Source: Nitrososphaeria archaeon
Lineage (GTDB): Archaea; Thermoproteota; Nitrososphaeria; JACIWG01
Length of the DNA stretch: 64,000 bases
Reading direction: 5' to 3'
Assembly (NCBI GenBank): GCA_963752255.1
Contig: CAVVXT010000003.1
Span: forward strand, 32,001 to 96,000
Shown: piece by piece, positions 51,537 through 61,449 of the stretch
Position numbering within the stretch: position 1 is the stretch's first letter
Layout: each line of letters starts with the position of its first letter
Translations under genes and position numbers: made by a program
Notes under the pieces: generated by a model
What the model saw: only the letters and a program-made list of their open reading frames with translations
What the model was told of the DNA's origin: nothing
The model's database searches: none

Positions 51537-52843
51537 CCTGCTTGAACTACATTAGCAAAACAGCCCTATCAAGGAATCTATTCGAAAAGGCAAAAAAATA
51601 TATTCCTGGTGGATCAACTTATGCAATTAGATACTTCGAACCCTATCCTTTCTACGTTAAAAGAGCGCTGGGGAGTAGAATTTGGGATGTCGACGATAAC
51701 GAATACATAGACTTTTGGACTGTTCATTTCGCAGCGATTTTTGGACACGGTTATGCACCTGTCATGTCGGCTGTCAAGGAACAACTTGATTTAGGTGCTC
51801 ACTTTGGATGGTGCAATGAATGGGAAGTGAAATGGGCTGAAAAAGTATGTGGCTGGTTCAAAGCTGACAAAGTAAAACCAGCTAACAGCGGTACAGAATC
51901 CAACATGTACGCTATTAGGCTAGCAAGAGCTTACACGGGAAAGAAGAAGGTTGGTAAGATGGAAGGAGGATGGCATGGGGGATTCGATGGACTAAATAGA
52001 GCTGTTAATTACCCTTACAACCTACCTTCCAATCTGAATCCAACTTCAACAGAAGACATAATACCTCTACCTTTTAACGATCTTGACGGTTTAATCAAGA
52101 AGGTTTCCCAAGAGGAATTGGCTTGCATAACAGTTGAACCGATGTTAGGTTCAGCTGGAGCTATTCCTGCTAAAAAAGAGTTTCTCAAGGGTTTAAGAGA
52201 ATTATGTGATAAAAAGAACATCGTACTCATTTTTGACGAAGTTATTACAGGATTCCGTCATCCAGGTGGGCTCCAACAGCACTTTGGCGTAAAACCCGAT
52301 TTGACAACAATGGGTAAGACAGTAGGTGGGCAATATTTTGCTGGAGCCGGAGGCATCTGTGGACGATCAGAAATAATGGATTTGCTTGACCAAACTCGAA
52401 GGAAGGATTTTTGGGATCGTCCAGCTCATGGAGGAACATATGTTGGTAACGCGGTAACAATGAGAGCAGGATATGTCACGATATCGGAGCTTGAAAGACA
52501 AAGAGACCAAGTATACAAACATATAGATTCACTAGGCGAATATGGTAGAAAAAGATTCACCGAAATCATGGAAGAAAACAGATTTGAAGCTTACATCACC
52601 GGTATATGCTCGATGTTTGGGCTTCATTTTACGAAAGAAATTCCAATAAACGGTGAAACAGCAGAAAAGACAAAGGATAGAAAATTATGTAGCGATCTAT
52701 TTGCCTATTTGATACAAAATGGTATCGCATATCTGACGCCGAAATCACCACATTTTGCTGTTTCAAACGCTCATAAAAAAGAAGATTTAGATTATTTATC
52801 GACTAAAGTTGAAGAATTCATAAAAAGCAAGAAGGAGCGGTAA
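51533..52843 (+). CDS. Class III PLP aminotransferase (GSA-aminomutase-like)
   Basis: DVDDNEYID, NSGTE, GGWHG, FDEVITGFR, MGK, HGGTY.GN. Confidence 0.9.
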   Translation: MTCLNYISKTALSRNLFEKAKKYIPGGSTYAIRYFEPYPFYVKRALGSRIWDVDDNEYIDFWTVHFAAIFGHGYAPVMSAVKEQLDLGAHFGWCNEWEVKWAEKVCGWFKADKVKPANSGTESNMYAIRLARAYTGKKKVGKMEGGWHGGFDGLNRAVNYPYNLPSNLNPTSTEDIIPLPFNDLDGLIKKVSQEELACITVEPMLGSAGAIPAKKEFLKGLRELCDKKNIVLIFDEVITGFRHPGGLQQHFGVKPDLTTMGKTVGGQYFAGAGGICGRSEIMDLLDQTRRKDFWDRPAHGGTYVGNAVTMRAGYVTISELERQRDQVYKHIDSLGEYGRKRFTEIMEENRFEAYITGICSMFGLHFTKEIPINGETAEKTKDRKLCSDLFAYLIQNGIAYLTPKSPHFAVSNAHKKEDLDYLSTKVEEFIKSKKER

Positions 52844-52943
52844 AGGATGCTGCAAGATTTCTGCTCTACTTCTAAATGATTCACTGTACTTTCAAGTTTA
52901 CAATAGGAAATATTATATACCAAGATGAGATTTTGAAATATAT

Positions 52944-53583
52944 TTGTCAGAAGTTGGAGAACAGATTATAAAAGCTATAAAAGAACTTGTAGAACAAAAA
53001 ATATTGTTCGCTAAGGGTGGGAACCTGAGTGCGAGATATGATAATGACCAAGTGATTGTAACCTCGTCTGGAAAAGACTACTCTACAGTCAAAGCAGATG
53101 ACCTGGTCATAACAGATTATGAGGGTAAGATAGTTAAAGGCGAAAAGAAACCTTCTTCAGAACTGCCGCTGCACTTAGCAATATACAAACGTAGGCCAGA
53201 TGTCCAATCAATTATACATACACACGCAATATGGCCTTACATTCTTTCGGTATGCCATCGCAATCTACCTGCCGTCTCAGATGAATTTACGATCCTATTA
53301 GGTGGCGAAGATAAAAGTCTCAGAATACAAATTCCCTGGAACAAAAAACTTGGGAGATAGTGTGGCAGATGTCTTAGGTATGAATAACGCTGCCTTGATA
53401 GCAAACCACGGCTGCGTGACAGTTGGTAGAAGTGTAGAAGAAGCATTAGAGAATATGGTGGTCTTGGCAAATTTCTCAAAGATTTATGTGCTCGGAAGCA
53501 TCTTCGGCAAAGTCTACCCACTGCCTGATTGGGCGATTGAAAAGGAAAAAGAACTCTATAAAAAAATGTTCGGTCAGAAATAG
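52944..53583 (+). CDS. Class II (FucA-type) Zn aldolase (split by +1 nt near 53308)
   Basis: GGNLS, SG, KPSSE..LH, IIHTH, ANHG. Removing one A gives LLGGEIKVSEYKFPGT. Confidence 0.9.
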
Positions 53584-53870
53584 ACCTTCCCTATCCCTTT
53601 TTATGTATCCACTCTTATTGTTTCCTTCATTTGTCAATACAATCTTCTAACATCGAGAGTAAACTGATTGCCGCATCCAAAATTCAAAAAAAGAATTCAA
53701 AGATGTGTAAATGTCTGGTAAGTAAATCCTTTGGAAGTTTCGTAATATTAAATGTTCTATCAAATTGTTCGCTAGATAAGATCTTATCGTTTCAATCACT
53801 GAGCAAGATTTTGTTATTAAGAAAGGGTTAACAACAAGAATTTTTTAAAAAGCTCTTCTTTAGACGATCT

Positions 53871-55319
53871 TCAAAGAATTTCAGCTAAAGATTTGATAAC
53901 GGCCTTGTATTCTTCAGCAAGCTTATCGTAGACTGCTTTTTTCTCAAGGTTTGGCTTAAATTTTGCCTTGAACTTCACCGATTCGCGTACTAATTGGTTT
54001 AAGTCACATCCTTTAGTTCCCCATACTGCTAAAATAGCTGATCCAAGAGCGGAATCCGGTTCTTCAACGGCTTTTGTCTCTTTTCCTGTAGCGTCGGCTA
54101 TTATCTGCATTAAAAGTGTATTCTTAGAAGCGCCACCACAAATTCTTAAATCATAAAAGTTTGTTTCAGTTACTTCTTCAACTGCCGAAAGCATTGTTCT
54201 CAAGGTTATAGTACTGCCCTCTAAAAGGCTTCTAAATATGTGTCCAGGAGTCATGTTTTTTTCGTTCATACCTATCAAGAAACCTTTAACGTTAGGATAA
54301 GTCTTCGGTACTCTTACACCAAACCATTCTGTGCAGGCCATCAGGTTATCCGACCCTGCAGGAACATTTTTTGCTAATTCCGTTAACTTATCCAGATTTG
54401 TTTTCAGAAGCCTACTCATCGAATCAAATGCTGCTGAGCCTGCGTTAGTGAATCCGCCTGCGAGATACGTGTTGTTAACATAAGTTTTATAATAAAATCT
54501 TCCATTTTCGTCAGGTATAATTTTATCAACGATCGCATGAAGTGTTAAAGACGTTCCAATAGTAACGTTAACCTGGCCAACATTTAAGGAACCTGAGGTT
54601 ACATCACCTGCACTCGCGTCTGTAATTCCATTTACGATGGGTGTGCCTTTAGGTAAACCCAACTCGGATGACTCTTCACTTGTATAGCCGACTATTGAGC
54701 CTATCTGTTTAACTTCCGGCATAATTTCTATCGGTATTTCCACATCTTGGTAAATATCCTTCAAATATCCCTCCCCTTGTAGTAAGGCATGCGCTTTACC
54801 CGCAGTATTTGAAGACGTCGCAGCTATTCCAGAAAGTTTATAGACTATGTAGTCGCTTTCATGTAGTACTTTGTATGTTTTGCTAAACCCATCAAAATTA
54901 TCCTTTAGCCAAATAAGCTTAGGTATAACAAGCTGAGGAAGTAGAGGCAAGAACTTTTCAAAATCTACGGCCGCCTGGCTTCTTAGTCTCAGCTGTTCCA
55001 CCCCATTTTTTCCTCGACTATCATTGTACATTATTAGATTATATAATTCATTTCCGTCTTTGTCGATTAAACCTATTGTTCCACTTGTCGCGTCAACACA
55101 AAGGCCGGAAACTTGATTCAATAACTTTAACTGAGTTAGAGCTTCCTTAGTTCTTTCCCATATCGCTTTCCCACTTCTTTCTGAAAACCCTTCTCTAGGT
55201 TGAATCAATAGGTCATACACGGGTACACTAGACTTCTCAAACACTTCTCCTTTTCTCGATATTATAGTAGCTTTTATATTCTTTGTACCAATGTCCAATC
55301 CAAGATAGAGTTCGGACAT
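53871..55319 (-). CDS. FGGY-family sugar kinase (xylulo/ribulokinase-like)
   Basis: GLDIGT, VDATSGT, MYNDSR, KLIWL, TD, TIGTS, GGAS, ALGSA. Confidence 0.92.
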   Translation of the reverse strand: MSELYLGLDIGTKNIKATIISRKGEVFEKSSVPVYDLLIQPREGFSERSGKAIWERTKEALTQLKLLNQVSGLCVDATSGTIGLIDKDGNELYNLIMYNDSRGKNGVEQLRLRSQAAVDFEKFLPLLPQLVIPKLIWLKDNFDGFSKTYKVLHESDYIVYKLSGIAATSSNTAGKAHALLQGEGYLKDIYQDVEIPIEIMPEVKQIGSIVGYTSEESSELGLPKGTPIVNGITDASAGDVTSGSLNVGQVNVTIGTSLTLHAIVDKIIPDENGRFYYKTYVNNTYLAGGFTNAGSAAFDSMSRLLKTNLDKLTELAKNVPAGSDNLMACTEWFGVRVPKTYPNVKGFLIGMNEKNMTPGHIFRSLLEGSTITLRTMLSAVEEVTETNFYDLRICGGASKNTLLMQIIADATGKETKAVEEPDSALGSAILAVWGTKGCDLNQLVRESVKFKAKFKPNLEKKAVYDKLAEEYKAVIKSLAEIL

Positions 55320-55439
55320 TAAAGAAGCACCTTAAAAAAAGGAGTTTACGACCATATTTAAGCTTTATAGGAGGCTCTGTGTGAATAAAGAAAATAAAAA
55401 TATATATAAGGATAGAACAAGCTTTCTTGGCGTATTTCG
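55320..55439. promoter_or_regulatory. Divergent promoter region between kinase and RubisCO
   Basis: A-rich BRE plus TATATATAA at 55401-55409 (+); TTAAATA at 55355-55361 and SD-like AAGGTG on the - strand. Confidence 0.6.
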
Positions 55440-56735
55440 ATGTCTGAAGAGAATTTGAATGTTTTTACAGCGGTCACCGAGGAAGTCGACCCTGAAAAGA
55501 ATATTGTTGCGACCTATTACGTTGAAGGAAGAGACATTTCAATCGATGAGGCAGGCGTGAAGATTGCTGCTGAAGAATCTATTGGTACATGGACACAAGT
55601 TTCAACTGCAACAGAATGGATCATTAAGAATCTTCCAGCAAAAGTATTTGAACACAAGATAGAGGATAAAAACACAGGAATAATAAAGATAGCTTACCCA
55701 AATATCTTGTTTGATTTTGAGACCGGAGGTATACCTAATATGCTGAGCATCGTTGCAGGCAACCTTTTTGGTTCAGGTTCACTTCAAAACGTTAGACTCG
55801 TAGATCTTCAACTTCCCAAGGAAGCCACGCTATCTTTTAAAGGTCCGAAATTCGGAATCGAAAATATTAGAAAGATCGTAGGCACCGTCGAAAGCAGAAG
55901 ACCACATCTTGGAACGATTATCAAACCTAAGGTAGGCCTTAGTCCAAAAGAAACAGCTAAGGTGGCATACGAAGCCGCAATAGGAGGAGTGGACTTTATC
56001 AAGGACGATGAAACGTTAACGAATCAAAAGTTCTGTCCACTGGCTGATAGAGTAAGCAATGTTATGGAGGCGCTTGATAAAGTTAAGTCTGAGACAGGTA
56101 GAACTATTCTCTACTCTCCTGATATAACCACAGAGACTTATAGAATGCGTGATCTGGCTCAGGTTGCGCTGGATCATGGAGCCAATGCTCTTATGGTAGA
56201 CTTCCTACCATCCGGTTTCTCAGCTGTAAGACTGCTTGCTGAGGATCCTTCTATAAAAGTGCCTATACACGTGCACAGATGTATGCATGCTGCGATGACT
56301 AGAAATCCTAAACATGGCATCACCATGATGGTGCTTGCGAAGCTTGTGCGTTTAGCTGGAGGCGATCAACTACACACCGGAACTGTTGCCGGAAAGATGG
56401 GTGGAAAAGAGAAAAAGGTCGAGGAACTAATTGCAATGAACAATTTCTTGAAAGGGAAATTCTATGGTTTGAAGACGACGTTCCCTGTTGCTTCAGGGGG
56501 GGTTCATCCATCCGTTGTTCCGATAAACGTTCTCACACTTGGTAAAGATATTGTGATCCAAGCAGGAGGAGGAATTCATGGCCATCCAAATGGCACTAGG
56601 GCAGGCGCAGTTGCAATGAGGGATGCTATAGATGCAGTGATGAAGGGTATTCCTCTAGAAGAATACGCGAAAGATCACAAGGAACTAGACGTAGCTATAC
56701 AGCATTGGGGAATGAAGTACGTCACAGAAGAATAG
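55440..56735 (+). CDS. rbcL: Form III ribulose-1,5-bisphosphate carboxylase
   Basis: All key motifs: AAE..GTW, GNLFG, IKPK, KDDE, HVHR, LHTGT, GKM (loop-6 Lys), SGG, GGG. Confidence 0.92.
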   Translation: MSEENLNVFTAVTEEVDPEKNIVATYYVEGRDISIDEAGVKIAAEESIGTWTQVSTATEWIIKNLPAKVFEHKIEDKNTGIIKIAYPNILFDFETGGIPNMLSIVAGNLFGSGSLQNVRLVDLQLPKEATLSFKGPKFGIENIRKIVGTVESRRPHLGTIIKPKVGLSPKETAKVAYEAAIGGVDFIKDDETLTNQKFCPLADRVSNVMEALDKVKSETGRTILYSPDITTETYRMRDLAQVALDHGANALMVDFLPSGFSAVRLLAEDPSIKVPIHVHRCMHAAMTRNPKHGITMMVLAKLVRLAGGDQLHTGTVAGKMGGKEKKVEELIAMNNFLKGKFYGLKTTFPVASGGVHPSVVPINVLTLGKDIVIQAGGGIHGHPNGTRAGAVAMRDAIDAVMKGIPLEEYAKDHKELDVAIQHWGMKYVTEE

Positions 56736-56785
56736 AATATCCTATCATTTTCAAAACCTTATAAATAATCAAACTTACTAATTGA

Positions 56786-57850
56786 GTGATACTAATGGCA
56801 GACTATTTCGGTAAGATCAATTCAAATGAACTTTACAATTTCTGTGTTGACATCTTTTTGAAGGCTGGTGTTCCAAAAGAAACCGCAGAAATTGTTTCTG
56901 AACACTTGGTCACAGCCAATCTAAGAGGTGTTGATTCGCATGGCGCCTTTGTAAGGATTCCCCACTACCTAACAGCTCTACGTGAGGGGATAATTAATCC
57001 CAGACCTTCAATCAGATCCGTCAAAGACACACCAAGTGTTGCATTAATAGATGGAGACAAAGGTTTTGGACCTGTAGTAGCCATGAAGGCGACGGAAATG
57101 GCTATTAGCAAAGCTAAGAGCTCTGGCATCTGTTTTGTTGGTACAAAGAACATGAGCCACGTAGGGATGTTGGCACGATATTCTCTTAAAATTGTCGAAA
57201 AAATGATGATCGGAATGGCTGCTACAAATTCGCCCCCATTAGTAGTTCCATGGGGTGGAACCAAACCTGTCCTTGGAACAAACCCTTTTACCATCGGTTT
57301 TCCAATAGACGATAAATCTTCGATAATTGTTGATATGGCTACAAGCACTGTTGCTGCAGGAAAGATAGCTGTATTCGCCTCTAAAGGAGAAAAAATTCCT
57401 GAGGGATGGGCTCTCGATAAATACGGTAACCCTACAACAGATCCTAGAGTTTTTTTGGATAAAGGTATTCTCCTCCCATTCGGAGGGTACAAAGGTTATG
57501 GGCTGTCTCTTAGTGTAGAACTTTTTGCCGGACTGCTAACAGGATCACCTTTTAGTTCACATATACAAAGGGGCTGGGCAACACAAGGGGGTTTCGTTGT
57601 TCAAGCGATAAACATAGATTCCTTCAGAGAGTACGCTGACTATAAAAAAGATATTCTGGAGCTGGTTCAGACGATTAAGTCAACCCCACCTGCAGAAGGA
57701 TTCAAAGAAGTCCTATTACCCGGAGAACCTGAACAAAGAGAATATGAGAGGAGGAAAAAAGAGGGTGTGCCTGTCTACAAAGATTCCTGGGAAAACATTG
57801 CAAAAGTGTCGAAGGATATGCAGATCAACCTTCCGAACCTCATAAAATAG
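56786..57850 (+). CDS. Ldh_2 family dehydrogenase
   Basis: GVDSHG, SHVG, GTNP, DMAT, GGYKGYGL, LPGE. Confidence 0.93.
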   Translation: MILMADYFGKINSNELYNFCVDIFLKAGVPKETAEIVSEHLVTANLRGVDSHGAFVRIPHYLTALREGIINPRPSIRSVKDTPSVALIDGDKGFGPVVAMKATEMAISKAKSSGICFVGTKNMSHVGMLARYSLKIVEKMMIGMAATNSPPLVVPWGGTKPVLGTNPFTIGFPIDDKSSIIVDMATSTVAAGKIAVFASKGEKIPEGWALDKYGNPTTDPRVFLDKGILLPFGGYKGYGLSLSVELFAGLLTGSPFSSHIQRGWATQGGFVVQAINIDSFREYADYKKDILELVQTIKSTPPAEGFKEVLLPGEPEQREYERRKKEGVPVYKDSWENIAKVSKDMQINLPNLIK

Positions 57851-57923
57851 GAATCCTGTCTAGTTTCTTTCAATATCAAATCTAAACTTTAAATAAATAT
57901 CGTATATAAGAAAAGCGATAGGT

Positions 57924-58730
57924 TTGAGGAAGAATAAATTAAGGGAGCTTATAAGAGAGGGTAAGCCTACAATCGGCACCAGAATACTCAGCTCTTGGCC
58001 CGGAATAGTTGAAATAATAGGTCAAACGGGAGTAATAGACTACTTCGAATTCATAGCCGAATATGCGCCTTGGACTCTGAACGATTTAGAAAACCTTGCT
58101 AGGGCAAGCGAATTATACGATATCAGTTCTATGATAAAACTTGACGCAATACCAAGAAGTTATATAGCTGCAAAAGCTTTGCAATCAGGTATCCAGAATT
58201 TTCTCTTTTCAGATATTAGGACAGTCAACGATGCAGAAGAGGCTGTAAAGTCTGTAAGATTAGAACCTAAGGGAATCATGGGGGTAGGTAACTTTAGGGT
58301 AGGTGGATATCTGTTTACAAACTGTACTGTCGCAGACTACAGAAAAGCGGCTGATGATTCAGTAATCGCATTTATGATAGAGAAAAAAAGTGCTGGAGAC
58401 CACTTAGAAGAAATCTTATCGGTTAAAGGATTAGATATGGTTCAATTTGGTCCGTGGGATTATGGCTTAAGCATGGGGCTATCCGGTGCACCTGGCACAC
58501 CATGGGCTTTAAATGAACCAAAAGTCAAAGAAGCTGAACTAAGAACAATACGGACTGCATTAAAGCTGGGCCTACGTCCTAGGGTAGAAATAGGTGATGT
58601 GAAAGATATAGAAAAGTACCTTGAACTCGGTGTCAAAGATTTTAGCCTGGGGACTGACATAAGAATATTGTTTGGTTTCTGGAAAGAGAATGGAGCTGAA
58701 TTAAAGAAGATTTTAAACAAAATGAAATAA
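57924..58730 (+). CDS. HpcH/HpaI-family metal-dependent aldolase (divergent)
   Basis: NKLRELI..GK..IG, AEY, MIEK, FGPWDY, GTD. Confidence 0.85.
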   Translation: MRKNKLRELIREGKPTIGTRILSSWPGIVEIIGQTGVIDYFEFIAEYAPWTLNDLENLARASELYDISSMIKLDAIPRSYIAAKALQSGIQNFLFSDIRTVNDAEEAVKSVRLEPKGIMGVGNFRVGGYLFTNCTVADYRKAADDSVIAFMIEKKSAGDHLEEILSVKGLDMVQFGPWDYGLSMGLSGAPGTPWALNEPKVKEAELRTIRTALKLGLRPRVEIGDVKDIEKYLELGVKDFSLGTDIRILFGFWKENGAELKKILNKMK

Positions 58731-59037
58731 TTAATTAAACTTTATTTCCATCTGATTGTTCCACGTGACCCAGAGAAAGTTAAGGGCTTAGCAGGTTATC
58801 AAACGGAAGTTTGTAAACTGGCGTCGTAAATTGCTTTAAAGTGAACTACAGTTAGCTATGTGATAGATTTGCCAAATGTTTATTTTATGCCACTGTGCTG
58901 ATCGAAAGACGAAAACAAAATCTTAATAGAACTTCCTCAGAATTAGGACGTAGATTTAATTCTGATGAAATTTATTCTAAACGCTCACTTTGCGTAACTA
59001 AAGGCATCTGATTTCTTTCTCTAAAACATTTTTGAGA

Positions 59038-61449
59038 TTAGCTCTCACTTTTCTTTCCTCCTTCTAAAAGGAATTGTGGGAATTTCGATAGCTTATTAGC
59101 CATCTCACTGAGACGTTTATCCACTTTATAGTTTACAGTTTCTTCTTCAAATGTTCCATCCTTTTCCCTTTCGCCAGCTCTGACACCTGTAAGGATTTCT
59201 ATTCCCTCGTCGATTGTTTTAACTGAATAGATGCGGAATTTTCTATCTTTGACAGCGTCAACTATTTCCTCCTTCAACATTAGGTTTTGAACGTTGCTTT
59301 CAGGTATCATCACACCCTGTTTTCCTGTGAAACCTTTAGCTTTGCAGACTTCAAAGAATCCCTCTATTTTTTCGTTGACTCCACCTATAGCCTGAACTTG
59401 ACCTTTCTGGTTAACTGATCCGGTAACGGCAATATTCTGTCTGATTGGCAACTCTGAGAGGGCAGATAGGATTGAATATAGTTCAGTACTTGAAGCGCTA
59501 TCGCCTTCTACTCCTTCATAATTCTGTTCAAAGACGAGTCGGGTAGACAAACTAAGCGGCTTATCTATAGCATATTTTCCGTTTAGGTAACCAGCTAAAA
59601 TAAGGACGCCTTTTGTATGGATGGGGCCTCCCATGCTGGCTTCCCTTTCAATGTCAACAACCCCTTCCCGACCTAAACCTACAGAAGCCGTCACTCTTGA
59701 TGGAATACCGAAATCGAAATCGCCGAGACTTATCACGGAAAGACCATTAACCTGTCCAACAGTCTCTGCTTCTGTATCGATAAGTAGTACATCTCTTTTG
59801 ATCATCTCCTGTATCTTCTCCTGGATAAGTTTTGAACGGTAGATCTTTTCTTCAATTGCCTTTTTAACGTGAATTCCGGTTATAAAATCCGAATTTTCCT
59901 GTGCCGCGTAAAAGTTTGATTCACGTATAACATCGGCAACTTCAGCAAACCTTGTGGAAAGTTTTTGCTGATCTTCAGCAAGTCTTGAACTATATTCGAT
60001 CAATTTGGCTAGACCTGTTCCGTCAAGATGTTTTAAATTTTCTTTCTCGCAGATTGTGCAGACAAAAGCTGCATATTGCTGCATGTTTTCTTCTGTCCTA
60101 TCCATGGTTGAGTCGAAATCTGCTTTAACTTTAAAGAGCTCATTAAAATCCATATCCAAGGTATATAACTGTTGATAGATGTATGGGTCACCGATTAGAA
60201 TAACTTTAACATTTAGAGGGATCGGTTGAGGTTTCAGGCTCTTGGTTGTGAAGAAACCATAACTCTCCTCAACCTCCTCTATAGCGATTTGTCCATTTTT
60301 GAGGGCTCTTTTCAACCCATCGTATGAGAATGGGTTTATAAGCAGCTCTTCAACTGGAATAATCAGATATCCGCCATTAGCCTTATGCAGTGATCCAGAT
60401 CGAACCATAGTGAAATCTGTAGTTAAATACCCGAATTGGGCTTCTTTCTCTATTCTTCCGAAAAGGTGTGGGTGAGTCGGGTTGCTCTCGAGAATCACCG
60501 GTGCACCCTTAAGCCCACCGTTATCTACCACTACATTTACTTCGTACTTTTTTAATGTTGGTTCTCTCATCCAGGGAAATTGTTGTTGAGCCGGGGCGCT
60601 TGGCTCTTTAATAAAATTTTCTAGGTTCTCTAAGATATCATTCTGAAGTGCTTCAAGATATGCCATGATATCACTATATTCTTTGTATTTTTCCTTAAGA
60701 TCAGCAATCAGGTGGCCTATAGCGTAGAGTGCTACTTCCTTATTCAGCTTGTTTATCTCCTCTATGACTTTACCTTCAAGGTCTCTAAGCTGTATGAAAG
60801 CATTCCTTAGATCCGAATTTAGTTTTTCTCTTTTTTTATCAATTTCATCTCTAGCTTGTGGGCTTAGAGAAAGGAACTCTTTATCAGTTAAAGCTTTCCC
60901 TTTAATAACAGGTATTATTAACAAACCTGCAGGGCTGCTTTGGAGGATAAAGCCTTCTTCCTGGGCTTTTCTGTTGATTTCAGAAAAAAGATCGTCTCTT
61001 TCCTTTTCGATCGCCTGTATTGTGTTTTCTCTTTTTGTTATATAGTCTTCGCTTTTAAAAGCTTTAGGGAGAACTCTTTTAGTTTGGCTAATGAAATCCG
61101 AAACATCTTTTTGGAAAATTTTTCCTTTTCCTGGTTGAAGTTTTATTGCTTTTGGTTCATATTGATTGGAAAAGCTGTTCACATAGCACCAGTCAAATGG
61201 AATCGGTTCAGTTTTAGCTATGTCCTCTAGGAAACTCTTAACAGTTGTCGTCCTACCTGTTCCATGAAGGCCAGCAACATAGATGTTAAACCCACGATCT
61301 TTAATTCCGAGCCCAAATTTGAGAGCTCTGACAGCCCTTTCTTGGCCAATAATTTCTCTAAGTGGCGTTAACCCCTCTGTAGTCTTACAACTCATTATAC
61401 TAGGGTCACAAATCCTTCTTAATTTTTCGACTGATAACTCATTTATCAT
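59038..61449 (-). CDS. lonC: LonC-type protease (AAA_32 + Lon protease domain, no TM)
   Basis: IIGQERA, GTGRTT, HKANGGYL, GQVNGL, EGDSAS (Ser), GGVNEK (Lys). Confidence 0.92.
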   Translation of the reverse strand: MINELSVEKLRRICDPSIMSCKTTEGLTPLREIIGQERAVRALKFGLGIKDRGFNIYVAGLHGTGRTTTVKSFLEDIAKTEPIPFDWCYVNSFSNQYEPKAIKLQPGKGKIFQKDVSDFISQTKRVLPKAFKSEDYITKRENTIQAIEKERDDLFSEINRKAQEEGFILQSSPAGLLIIPVIKGKALTDKEFLSLSPQARDEIDKKREKLNSDLRNAFIQLRDLEGKVIEEINKLNKEVALYAIGHLIADLKEKYKEYSDIMAYLEALQNDILENLENFIKEPSAPAQQQFPWMREPTLKKYEVNVVVDNGGLKGAPVILESNPTHPHLFGRIEKEAQFGYLTTDFTMVRSGSLHKANGGYLIIPVEELLINPFSYDGLKRALKNGQIAIEEVEESYGFFTTKSLKPQPIPLNVKVILIGDPYIYQQLYTLDMDFNELFKVKADFDSTMDRTEENMQQYAAFVCTICEKENLKHLDGTGLAKLIEYSSRLAEDQQKLSTRFAEVADVIRESNFYAAQENSDFITGIHVKKAIEEKIYRSKLIQEKIQEMIKRDVLLIDTEAETVGQVNGLSVISLGDFDFGIPSRVTASVGLGREGVVDIEREASMGGPIHTKGVLILAGYLNGKYAIDKPLSLSTRLVFEQNYEGVEGDSASSTELYSILSALSELPIRQNIAVTGSVNQKGQVQAIGGVNEKIEGFFEVCKAKGFTGKQGVMIPESNVQNLMLKEEIVDAVKDRKFRIYSVKTIDEGIEILTGVRAGEREKDGTFEEETVNYKVDKRLSEMANKLSKFPQFLLEGGKKSES

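Noticed and set aside
53631-53831. 66-aa ORF between aldolase and kinase
   Set aside because: No motif or clear expression signals; probably spurious
55440-56735. Form IV RubisCO-like protein for sugar-acid catabolism, as the neighbours might suggest
   Set aside because: Loop-6 Lys (GKM), H294-R295, H327, N123 and K177 are all present, so it is a carboxylase-type sequence
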